Assembly (NCBI GenBank): GCA_965637545.1 | Contig: OZ281500.1 | Location: 7,192,001 to 7,256,000 of the forward strand | Direction of reading: 5' to 3' | Origin: Phallusia mammillata | Lineage: Eukaryota | DNA: 64,000 bases | Shown here: positions 1-10,828 of the stretch, piece after piece | How the letters are laid out: every line of letters begins with the position of its first letter | Position numbering within the stretch: position 1 is the stretch's first letter | Translations under genes and position numbers: made by a program | Notes under the pieces: generated by a model | What the model was told of the DNA's origin: nothing | What the model saw: only the letters and a program-made list of their open reading frames with translations | Database searches by the model: none

Positions 1-2
1 CC

Positions 3-131
3 CAGAACAGGCTTGGTTTACCGGTTGTGACTAAAGGGTTAGTTCAAATTGCACGAGCTGGTAAAGGCCTTAAACACGAAATTGATGATGCATTGTTACG
101 CAGATCGTTATACTTTTACTTTAAAATCTGA
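3..131 (+). CDS. Possible last coding exon of an unidentified upstream gene
   Basis: 42-codon open frame QNRLGLPVVTKGLVQIARAGKGLKHEIDDALLRRSLYFYFKI, ending TGA at 129-131 and followed by AATAAA at 173-178. Product not recognised; could be a chance frame. Confidence 0.35.
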   Translation, partial: QNRLGLPVVTKGLVQIARAGKGLKHEIDDALLRRSLYFYFKI

Positions 132-356
132 TCAGGAACTGAAAATGATTTTTGTTGGCAGCAATTGTAACAAATAAAATGTGATATCAAAAATCCCACG
201 TAAAAAATATTTCCTTGTAACTGTAAAGACGACTTTTAAATATAATGTGTGCTACTAAGTACTACGTTATTTAATCGCTAGTGTTGTCCATGAAAATTTC
301 TTGCTTGATGTGATTTGTAAATAACAATTCGAGCTATAGCATTTGTACAAGCAAAA

Positions 357-3300
357 ATGGGTAGCGTATCGCAAGAAAATGCTTATGACAAAGTCGATGA
401 AGCCTCAGCAAGTAAGTAAATTGCATTGAAGTCGTTCTTATGTGCTGTAAAATTGTGAGGGTGTTTGGGAAGGATAAAATTATGGAGCTCACATTTTCGT
501 TGCTTTCAAATTATTTAGAAATCGTTGGTGAGGCACAACTTAAAAAATACACAAGTTTTATGGATGGATATGCCCACAACTTGTCGAATTTGGAAGAAGC
601 TGTTGGAGGAAAACAACATGTTGTTTGGGAAAAATCTCTTTGTCCAGTCATACTTAAGGTATGTTTGTAAAGTTTAACATATAAATCTGCAAGAATGTGG
701 CTGTAAAGCACTGGGTCCCTGTGGCAACTAGTCATAAGAATGCATAAAAAATGTTACCACTCAAAAACAGGAATTATCAACTGCAACTAGAAACCAGACT
801 TTTTAAACTCTTAACAAGTAGCAGAAAAACCACCAACACTTCAGTTGAAAGAACAGCAAAAATAGGCACCTAATGACATCTCAACTAATTGCCAAAATGT
901 AGTTTTGCATTAAATAGTCTTGCATGTTATGAGGACAAAACAATCTTGATCAAAGAATACAGGTCAGAGTTCGTGTAATATGAGTGCTTTGTAATGCAGA
1001 CACAATAAGAGTAAAATGTAAGGCTCCCTTTTGCCAAGGCTGTGGCACTTTGACTGTGGGACTAGAATTGGTACATGAATTAATCCAGAAATTGTCATTT
1101 GCATTTTGCCAAAGGTTCCTTGTTTGGTTTATAGTATATTCTATGTTTCAGACTAGCCCTGAGGAAAGAATCTCATTACCTAATCTCATTAGGACTGACA
1201 ATCAAATTCTCAACAAAGTTCTCATAACTTTGTCCTCATTGTGCATGGAAGTAAATACTCTTGCTGAGGAAGCTTGGAAGGATTTTTATGATCCACTGAT
1301 GTTCTATGGGGAAGGAGGTTAGTGATTATATTAAATGAGTTCTTTTTAGGTCTATGAGTCTGTCAGTAAAACCTCAGTGTACATACTCCTAAAAGAATTA
1401 ACTTATATCCCCATTTTTCTTGTAGAAAATCATTTTTTGCCAATAACAGTTTCCAATGCAATAAAAATCTGTAAAGTAGTAAAATTCAAAACTATTTCTT
1501 GTTGTGCACTTTTTTGTGATTGTTTTAGTGAATGAGGATGATTTTTTAGTAAATTTTTAGTACATGAGGATGAATAACAGTTTTTAATACAAGCAGAATC
1601 TGTAATGTAGTAAAAGGAAAAATGATTCCTTGGTGTACAACTTTTTGTGATTATTTCAGTAAATGAGGATGAAGAAGAACAAGTTGGAGGAGATAGTCAG
1701 GTTCAAATTGGAAGAATGCTTCCACTTTTCCAAAGGCTTACTTGCTTTTTGCAAAGATGCCGTGAAGTGCTTAAAAACACTGTTCAACAACTGGCAGCAT
1801 TGCACAACAAGTAAGAATAAGTCCTGAGTACATTCTATTGATTAACAATATCCCAACGAAGGCAAGGTGTTTTCACAGGGCACATAATAAACCCATTTTT
1901 AGTTTTTCTTTCTCTTTTTAAGATTGTTTAGGGGACATTTACCCATTTTGTTATCTTTAATAAGATGTAAAATTTCGATTTTTCTTCTCAAGTTAATCAG
2001 GCTAAAAATGACTGGTTTGTTTATGTACAAAGTATAAATATAAACAGAGTTTTGTACCAATAGCTTTTTGATTACAGAACCATGCCAAAAGTGATTGATG
2101 CAACTCATGTCCATTTCACTGTTGTGTATGAACACATTGGAAAGCTTCTTCGTTGTTTAATAACCATTGACAGCGCTGTATCGTCTAATGCATTTTTACA
2201 AGCTCATTGGTCCCAGTACAAGCTGTAAGTAAAGGAAAGGCCACTACACACAACATATAGTTCACTTACATTTTTTTTATTCCAAAGAATGTTAAAACAA
2301 GTTGGTCACAACCCAAGCAACTTTGATGTAGATGCAGGAAAACTTAAACCATTGGACAAGTTGGTGACTCGCTTTGAGAATAGCATTATCAAGTGCAAAC
2401 TTTTACAGGTCCGTAATGATTACTTTGTAGCTACAAAAATCATCTCATTTCTTAACAATTGCCTTTTTGCTTGTAGACCTGTTTAAATCAGAACTTTGAT
2501 GATTCTGGTATCCCTGTGTCAAAGAATTCATACTTTGCTGAGGAGTTTACTTATAACCTGAAGGTGCTGTTTTCACAATTGGATCCAAGAATTGGTTGGT
2601 GATATGTTTTTGTTTGTCTTTTTTAAGATGTCTCTTTCTAGGTATTTTCAGTAATCGTTTTTACTTACCTATGTAGGTGATCAGTCTGAAACCAATCACA
2701 GACTGAAGTATGTTGGTTTGTGTTCTCTACTGGTTCTGCAACACAGACTTTTTCACTCCTTTGACAAAAAGGTATTTCGACAAGTTTGGGACATTTCCAA
2801 AAAGGTGAGTCATGACATATGCATTGAAAAGTCTAACAACGCACACACAACAAAAAATTATGTTTTTAGTTGCCATGTGTTTGCTTGGTTGGCCATGTCA
2901 CCTGGTTTCCAGATGAGTTTCTCGGACAGAATATGCCTGCAAAAAGTCGTGCAGTAGATCAGCGTATGCTGGATCAAGCTGCTCAAAATCGCTCAAATTG
3001 GCTAAACAACAAAGTGCAAAATATTTCAAGGTTAGAAACACAACAATTTAACAAATTTTAATGTGGAGCCATAATGTTGTTTGTGTAATTTCAAAACTGT
3101 TGTGTAAGATTGCTGCTTTGGTATTTTGTAGGGAATGCCAACAACAGCATGTGGCAGTTAGTAACTGGTCTGCAAGAATGCTATCTGGCCCTCCACAAAA
3201 CAAATCTCTGGGGGACCTTGAAACCAAATTGAAAACCTTTATGGAAGTAAGTGTAACTTAACAAAACTACAATCATTCAGAATACCATTATGTAACTCAT

Positions 3301-6300
3301 TTTTGCAGGGTATTTGGCTAACATATGGAATGCGACACACGGTGGAAACTATGACCAATTTGCATGCTCAAAGTAATAAACCCATGACCAAAAACGAGGT
3401 ACTTGCACTTTGTCGCATGATGGCGCTGTCAAAGGCTGTAACTGATGGATTTCATAGAGGTTCAATGCTAGCAGCTGAGAGTGGACAACACATTGTGCAG
3501 TTCTTGCAGTACCAGATACTCCTGGTTTTGCAGGCAGCCAAGGTAAAGTTTTGTTACAAATACAACTCTTTGGCCATGGGTTCATAACAACAAAATGTTT
3601 TTGAGTAATGTTGTTGCCTGATAATTATTATTAGGTAGTTGTACAATACTGAACAAAACTATGGCAAAACATGGCATTTTATTACATTTGCCTATGTTGT
3701 GAACTGAAATTGTGACTTGTAATACTTTAAATGGTTAAGTTTTGTATGCCCTGAACGGTCTGTCAGTAATATTGTATGATTCATGCCTACCAAAATTATA
3801 AAAATGGTTGATTCAAGTGCATTGAGATCTTTGGCAAAGTTAGAAATAACCCTGAAGTTCAACATATTAGTTAATGTTATACTTAAGATTATAAACTGAA
3901 TGATAAAAACTTTTAAAGAAAAGAGCAGTGGCTGAAAAGAAATACAGCGATCGGAGGTTGGACATTCTATCTGGTCTTGTTCTTGCAGAATCTTGTGCCA
4001 AGGGTAGTCCAACACTACAGCGCATAGCAGTGGCCAAACTGGCATTATCTGTTGCCAACCAGTCAGTAAGTGCTCCATAACGATCCCTCAAGAAAGTAAA
4101 ATTATCCGATATTTAAATAACAAGCAAGCCAAATATTTTTCTCATAAAGAATTGCATATTTTCTTTGTGTTTTTTTTTTATTATTATTTAACAAACCAGT
4201 TATATTTTTTTGGATAAGGCTTAGGACAGCTCACGTTTTAGTTTAATTTCACAAACAAAAAATACCTTTTAAGTATATTTATATCTGGGATTGGTTTTTA
4301 GAAGACACTTGTTTTCTTGTAGAAAATCATCAGGGATGACGAATACATGGGAATTTTAATGAAGCTAGAAAGACTTCAGATAATCGGTGCATGTGGGGTA
4401 TGGGCTTACTCCAAGCGAGCATCCGACCAATCATCGTTCTACTGGCATCGTTCGCTTTTCACCACATACTTGGACGGCCTGTGTTCTGACCCGAGTGAGG
4501 CTGCCAGGTTATCGGTACGTGAAAATGTTATCTTGTTGTAGTGGTGTATTGTATCGTTGAATATATATATTGAGAATAAAGTAAACCTTGATTAATCCGG
4601 ACCCGTTTGGACCCAAAATTTGACTAGATTATGCGAAGATCCGGATTAACCGATGTCGGTTTAACTGTGGTTTATTGTACTTGCCATTTGGAGGAAATTT
4701 GTAACGCATTGTTCTGAAATTTAACGAAAATAAATAAGTGACATTCGTGTTGTACAACGTTTTTAACAGAAACATTGACACCAATCATGTTATATTTTCA
4801 GACCTGCATTTATCAATATGTCATTTCAAATTTAATATGATTGTGTTTTTTAACAGTATATGTTTGATGTCCTCGAAGACATAACATCTCGACTTTTGCG
4901 TTGTAAGCATCTCGCATCTCCACAACAACTTGTACAGACTTACCGGGATGAAATGAACGGCTACGTCAGGCAAAACTTACTTGACGTGATATGCAAAGGT
5001 AATTAAGTGACAAATTACACAAGTATTCACGCACAACAAAATTAAGTCCTGCTGGTTTAATTTTTTCGTTCAATTCCTTTGCATTTTTAGAAATCGAAAA
5101 CGATCTGCGTTTGTCAGTTCACACGCATCTAAAACTGGATGACCGGAACCCGTTTCGTGTGGGCGTGAAGTCTCTACGTCAACTGCTTGCTATCGAACCA
5201 CTGAAGTTTCAAGGCTCCTTTCTGGATATCAAAGGTGAATTTATGACCAAAAAATGTTTAAACGTTTTTGTGGCAAAAAATGCCAAAAGTACGCACTTGC
5301 GAGAATGAGCCCCATTGAGTTAACACCACAAGGGTGTCACCTGCATTACTGTGCTTCGAACACACCCAGCCGATTGTCACAGGCTAAGCTAAATCGCCTC
5401 TTCGCCTTGTCCGGGGTCACCCCCGAGTGACATCACAGCCGGGTACAGGGGATTACCCCCTGGGTACTCTCTACCCAATTTCCGGGGACTTTCCCCCAAG
5501 TTGCCGAATCGAAATTGCTCAGCGACTTGGAAAGCAGGTCTTCGAAGTGCGCACGTTAGTTAGTATTCTAGGTTGGATTTGTAAGGCTCCGCACGCTGAA
5601 ATTTTCCGTTTGTGGTGCGTGCGCCGATAAGTGCGATTTTGACTTTTCTCCTTACATGCAGCCTATGTGACTCACTACTTGGACCAGACTTTCTACAACC
5701 TGACCACTGTTGCCCTGCACGACTGGAAGACCTATGGCGAAATGAGGAACCTTGCAGCGCAAAAATACCAACTTGAGATGCAGGAGGTAAAATAGCGTTC
5801 AAAACGTTATGTGACAAAACTATGCAAAGCTGATGTTGATAATCCATTCAGAAAAATGCATTACGCATGTTTAACGTTGCGAAAATAAATTACTGAAACT
5901 TTTGCACAAAAAATATGCTGAGGTTTTAACAAAATTACAAACTGAAACTTAAGATAATTACAGGTACATTTACCCAATCAACAACTCGAACAAGGTTTGG
6001 ATGTTCTGGAGATTATGCGAAACATCCACGTATTCGTATCCAAGTATCTCTACAATCTCAACAACCAGGTGCAATACCATACATACATAGATAACATTTC
6101 GTTTCGTTTTGACACATGTTTTCTATTGCAGATATTTGTTGAACGTTCAAGCAACAACAAGCATCTCAACACCATCAACATACGCCACATCGCTAACTCA
6201 ATAAGAACCCATGGGACAGGAATTATGAATACCACTGTAAGTTTACATACAGTATATAGAAGCCAACACGACAGTTACACTAGTTACAACTATCTAATTG

Positions 6301-9300
6301 GTAAGGTACAATACAAACGGTATTTATTTATGTTTTTTTTTTCAGGTCAACTTCACATTCCAGTTCCTGAAGAAGAAATTTTACATCTTTTCACAGTTTC
6401 TATTTGACGAACATATTAAGTCTCGTCTTGTCAAGGTTTGTTGGAAACGACAATATTTCTCTTGCAATAACCAAAATCAAACCGCCCGAACCTCACCATT
6501 CGGAAAAATCTTAATCAAAAAATTTACAGAATTACAAAAGCGTGCAGCCATTGCGTAAAAAGTAAGCTGCATACAGTGCACACTGTTTAACCTGAAAGTC
6601 ATTCTGTACAGATTGTGACAATACATTGGCCGTTTAAGCATCAATCAGGTTTGGTGAGGCATATTTTTAGTATGTTACTTCCAACAAACTAAAGTGCCGC
6701 AGGTTAACTACGTGTTACACGGCCAATGTTTTTCCTTTAGCTACACTGGTGAGAACTTACAGGTCAAAACAGTGTGTAATGTATGCATTTAATTTTTTTC
6801 AGTTTTCGAAGCGTGACTTTATTAAATCAATTTTTCGCGCGATTGTAGTTGATACATTTTGGTTTGATAAGCAAATGTTGCTTGTAGGACATCCGGGACT
6901 TTCGCGAAAACAGAGAATCTCTCAACCAGCTTTATCCATACGACCGAGCGGACAAGTTTAACCGGGGAATCCGCAAACTTGGTTTATCAGCGGACGGGAG
7001 CAGTTACCTTGACCAGTTTCGTCTGCTCATCTCTCACATTGGCAAGTGTAACTCAATTTATTGATTTTCTAACACTTGTTGTGATTTGGAACAAGTTAAA
7101 AAAAATAATGTAAAATCAATTTAAATTGTTAAATATGTGACAAATCAACTAATCTTTTTTTCGGTGTGCCAAAAAGTGGGACCTGTATTTGTGTTGTGTA
7201 TAAATTGCTTCGCAAGTGCAGCAGACCTGCTAAAACTTTATAATGACCCAATCGACATTAAGATAGATGGATCTTTGCTAGGGATGGCCCGATAGTACTG
7301 TATCGGCGCCGATACCCGATGCTTCGAGCAGTATCGGTACTCGTCCGATACTTTAGCGGTATCGGTACAAGTACCGATACTTTTTTTGAGACTTTATCAT
7401 GTGTAAAATTGAAAATGAAAGGAGGCAAAAAACAACAACCATCGGCTGTGATAAAATATTTATGGGACTACAACTAAAAAACGCGTTCGTTTTGGATTTA
7501 ATGAAATAAGATGATCTAAATCGCTACAGCGACTTAATGCCGCAACACGTTTTTTAGGCCCGCGTTAATTGCGAGCGAGCGTCAAAACGCACAAAGTTCA
7601 TTGTAGACGTTTGTAAGCATAAGTTTCGAAACGGCAGGTGTTTAATTTGTATGGCCAAGTGTATTTAGACATTCCTAGTGTTATCAGTGACAAATTATTT
7701 TCTACGCCATTAGGTGAACTTTTAAATCCTAATTAAACTACCTGCGATTTTGCAATACAAAAGTTGGCGTTAAGAAATGACCCAAACGTCATATGTTTTG
7801 GGATTCCTTCACTGTTTTGGGGATATTAACAGACAATCCCATTCTCTGCCTAAAGCCATGATCGTTAAATGTTTTTTGTTGTCAAAGTCGTAAAACATTA
7901 ACGCCGTAAGACGTTACAAACAATAGACGCCGGTAAGACGTTGCAAAGCGCGTAGCATAAACGTAATCACGTGATCAGATGCGTAACAACAAGTGCACCG
8001 ATCGTTAGTTATGCCTCCAGTGCACCACCGTCGTTAGGGCATCGTCAGCTCGCCAGCTGATTTGCCAAAGAGTCTTTACCAGACCTGGGCATTTTACGGC
8101 CTTAAGTGATTTATTATAGACTCAGTGTGTTGTTAAATTAACTGTGATGGGAAAACACATTACAAATACATCAGTTTGAAAATGATTTTGCTTGTTTGCA
8201 AAGTATCGGGTATCGGTATCGGATCGCAGTACTTTTGGGGTAAAATATCGGGTATCGGTATCGGTTCAAAATATTGGTATCGGGCCAACCCTAATCTTTG
8301 CTATACCTGGTTAAGACTTTGTGATTCCACAGGTAACGCAATGGGATACATTCGAATGGTGAGATCTGGAGGTCTACATTGCTGTAGCAACGCGATACGC
8401 TTTGTCCCTGACGTGGAAGATATAGTTAACTTCGAAGAGTTGGCCAACGCTGACAATATCAGCCCAGAGGTAAGTTTGTATTTTTTCAAATAACGCAAGG
8501 CTTTTGTTTTGATTTTTATCAAAGAGTTTTGCTAAAGTCAAGTATTTACAACGCAACACTATGGTGTTTCATTTTAGCACCGATTCTTTCTTTTTTCTTT
8601 TTTTTTATTAAGTATTCGCAATTTAAAGTGGAAACATTCATTTGGTGTTGATATGAGAACGTGCATGACAACGTTTTGCGGCTTTTTTATATTTCTCAAA
8701 ACAGCAGTTTTACCGGTCACAATAACTTGCTCATTTGTTTTTAATCAACAACTTTTGTGTTCTTGGCTTGCACAGTGGGGGGCGGATAAACATTTGGTTT
8801 GTTAAAGGCGCCACATGTTTGAAAGTTTATTTATACCTTAAAAAGGTCAAAACACTGCTCTAACTGATACGTTACATACTTTTAACACAGGTGAACTCGG
8901 CCTTTACACACATCGATGCTGTGATTGGGTCACTTGCCAAAAACTCAGCCGAGGGATCAGATTATCTCCGTATGTTGGTTTCAGTTTTTGCTCCAGAATT
9001 CCGTAGCTCGAAAAACATGCATCTGCGCAATTTCTACGTTATAATCCCAGCTTTGGTAAGTGCATTTACAACTGTATAAATGCTGTATAGGCAGATCATG
9101 AACGAATTGACCGATTGTGACCTTTTACAGACTATTAACTTTGTGGAACACGTGATCAGCTGCAAGGAAAAGATGAACAAGAAAAATAAAGTGGGCGCCG
9201 CTTTTACTGACGACGGTTTCGCAATCGGTAAACTTCTAAAAATATCTCATAAACCACCAGTGGTAATCGTATGTATTTTATGGTTTTTGGTAACGAAATG

Positions 9301-10409
9301 AGAAGGCATAGTAAAATAACGAACAGATGGTTACTAGTTAAAAAGCTTCCTGCTGAATTCAATTTTTCTTTTGCAACCAACTAGTAATGTTAACATTGGT
9401 TTTGTTGTATAACACAGCACAATTTTCACGACGAGAAACAAACTAATTGAGATTTTTGGACCCAGGGCTCGCTTATATACTGAAGTTGGTCGACCAGTAC
9501 TCGGAGTTTGACTCCCTTCACTGGTTCCAGAGTGTTCGTAGAAAGTACGAGGCAGATGTGAAATCTCAACAACAACCTGCACAGAAACAAGGGAAGGGTG
9601 CAGAGGACGAGAAACTCCTACAGACCAAAGCACTTGCCCTGAAGCGAATTGGAATATACCAGCGAGTAAGCAACTGACTTAGTTTTCGATTCTGATTTAA
9701 ATGTACACCGATATAATTCGTTGTTTATTTGACAAATTCTTAGTATTCTTAGTTTTCCTTGCCCAGTGGGTCCTAAACTGTCGGGCATGGGCCAAGGGGT
9801 AATTTTTACTTGTAGTAATATATAAAAAATAAGCTGTGATAATTGCGTGTGGCTGTACAACTGTAAAACTTGAAACCACAAAATTAGCTGAAAAATGCCG
9901 AAACCCCTTTCTAAATGCTATTGTTGAACACTCTTTTAAAACTTACGGATTTTTTAGTTATGTTGCTAGTTTGTGCCCCATGCGCAGGCATGTTTTGGTG
10001 CCACATTTATCAAAAGGTGTAAATTTTGTTTTATTTTTCTGATTTCAGGAATTCGATCTTCTCTACTATTCACTGAGCAGCGCTCGGATTTTTTTCCGCG
10101 CCGACCTTACAGCAAAGGAAGAAGCTGAAGAGAAAGGAGGTATGATGCATTTTGTAGATTGCTTAATAGACGTCAGTGATGGAACTATTTTCTAGAGACC
10201 AAAACTTCTTAGTTTCACGTATGCCCTGTATTACTTTAACCTCTATATACGTTTGTACTGTAACGTTTTCAACTTTCTTCACAAGGCAACATATACCCTT
10301 GCAGCCAACTAACGGAAAGATACGTCGTTTTTCAGATAAGAAACCAGACGAAGCAGAAGCGCAATCAGCAACAGATGGCACCACCACTGATCCTCCCCCT
10401 GCCAACTAA
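357..10409 (+). CDS. WASHC4: WASH complex subunit 4 (SWIP/KIAA1033), multi-exon
   Basis: Spliced exons translate to strongly conserved WASHC4 segments: [134 protein letters not shown] at 357, stop TAA at 10407-10409. Confidence 0.95.
4579..4677. mobile_element. Short pogo/Tigger-like MITE remnant
   Basis: Imperfect terminal inverted repeats (aagtaaaccttgattaatccgga ... tccggattaacc...ggtttattg) flanked by TA on both sides. Confidence 0.45.
5289..5554 (-). ncRNA. RMRP: RNase MRP RNA, antisense within a WASHC4 intron
   Basis: Minus strand has CR-I GGGGAAAGTCCCCGG, a P8 hairpin TGGGTA-GAGAG-TACCCA with the MRP-specific GARAR loop, CR-IV AGTAATGCAGG and CR-V GGGGCTCATTCTC. 10-bp P1 (GTGCGCACTT/AAGTGCGTAC), P2 (ACCTGC/GCAGGT) and P3 (CCAAGT/ACTTGG) pair. 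Length about 266 nt, like vertebrate RMRP, and immediately followed by TTTT. Confidence 0.92.
5577..5618 (-). promoter_or_regulatory. Putative type-3 Pol III promoter of the MRP RNA gene
   Basis: TATA-like TTACAAAT at about -30 to -23 and PSE-like GCACCACAAACGGAAAAT at about -64 to -47 relative to the inferred start at 5554. Positions fit; match to consensus is loose. Confidence 0.45.
6574..6781. mobile_element. Tc1/mariner-type MITE
   Basis: Imperfect TIRs of about 25 bp (cagtgcacactgtttaacctgaaagt / acttacaggtcaaaacagtgtgtaatg), an inner inverted pair cattggccgt/acggccaatg, and TA on both flanks. Confidence 0.6.
7279..8293 (+). mobile_element. Non-autonomous hAT element (TAGGG...CCCTA family)
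   Basis: TIRs tagggatggcccgata / tatcgggccaacccta, perfect 8-bp TSD atctttgc (7271-7278, 8294-8301), subterminal GATAC/GTATC repeats. Confidence 0.9.
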
Positions 10410-10828
10410 ATTAACACCGCTCGCCACCGCTGATTTTGCAAGTGATGATTTTAATGCAGTTTAATAATGACTTGCCATGGTTCTTTGATTCTCGTGTTGA
10501 GCTGAAATGTTGTGTTACATCCATTGTTTTTCAATTGTTTGTTTGATTTTCTTTCAAGTGCAATCTTCGTTTTATTACTTTATTACTCGCAGCTGTGTAT
10601 TCACATTTCTGAATATAAATTACATCACGAACCATGTGACTCAGCATATTTTACTCACATCCACTTGAAAGTATTTTAGCAACGTCACCTCGTCATGGTT
10701 GAATGCCTACGCCGGTGGTGTGTGTTTTGTTTTCTTGAAGCCAGCAGGATTTAAAAAGTAAAAGTAAGCAATGTGTATTTGAGTCAGTTTTACCTAATTG
10801 AGGGGAGAAAATGATGGACTGATTGACG

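Noticed and set aside
3692-4078. 128-aa minus-strand ORF
   Set aside because: Overlaps a plus-strand WASHC4 exon ([20 protein letters not shown]); shadow frame.
10441-10505. C/D-box-like GTGATGA...CTGA
   Set aside because: Lies in the WASHC4 3' UTR with no terminal stem and no recognisable guide.
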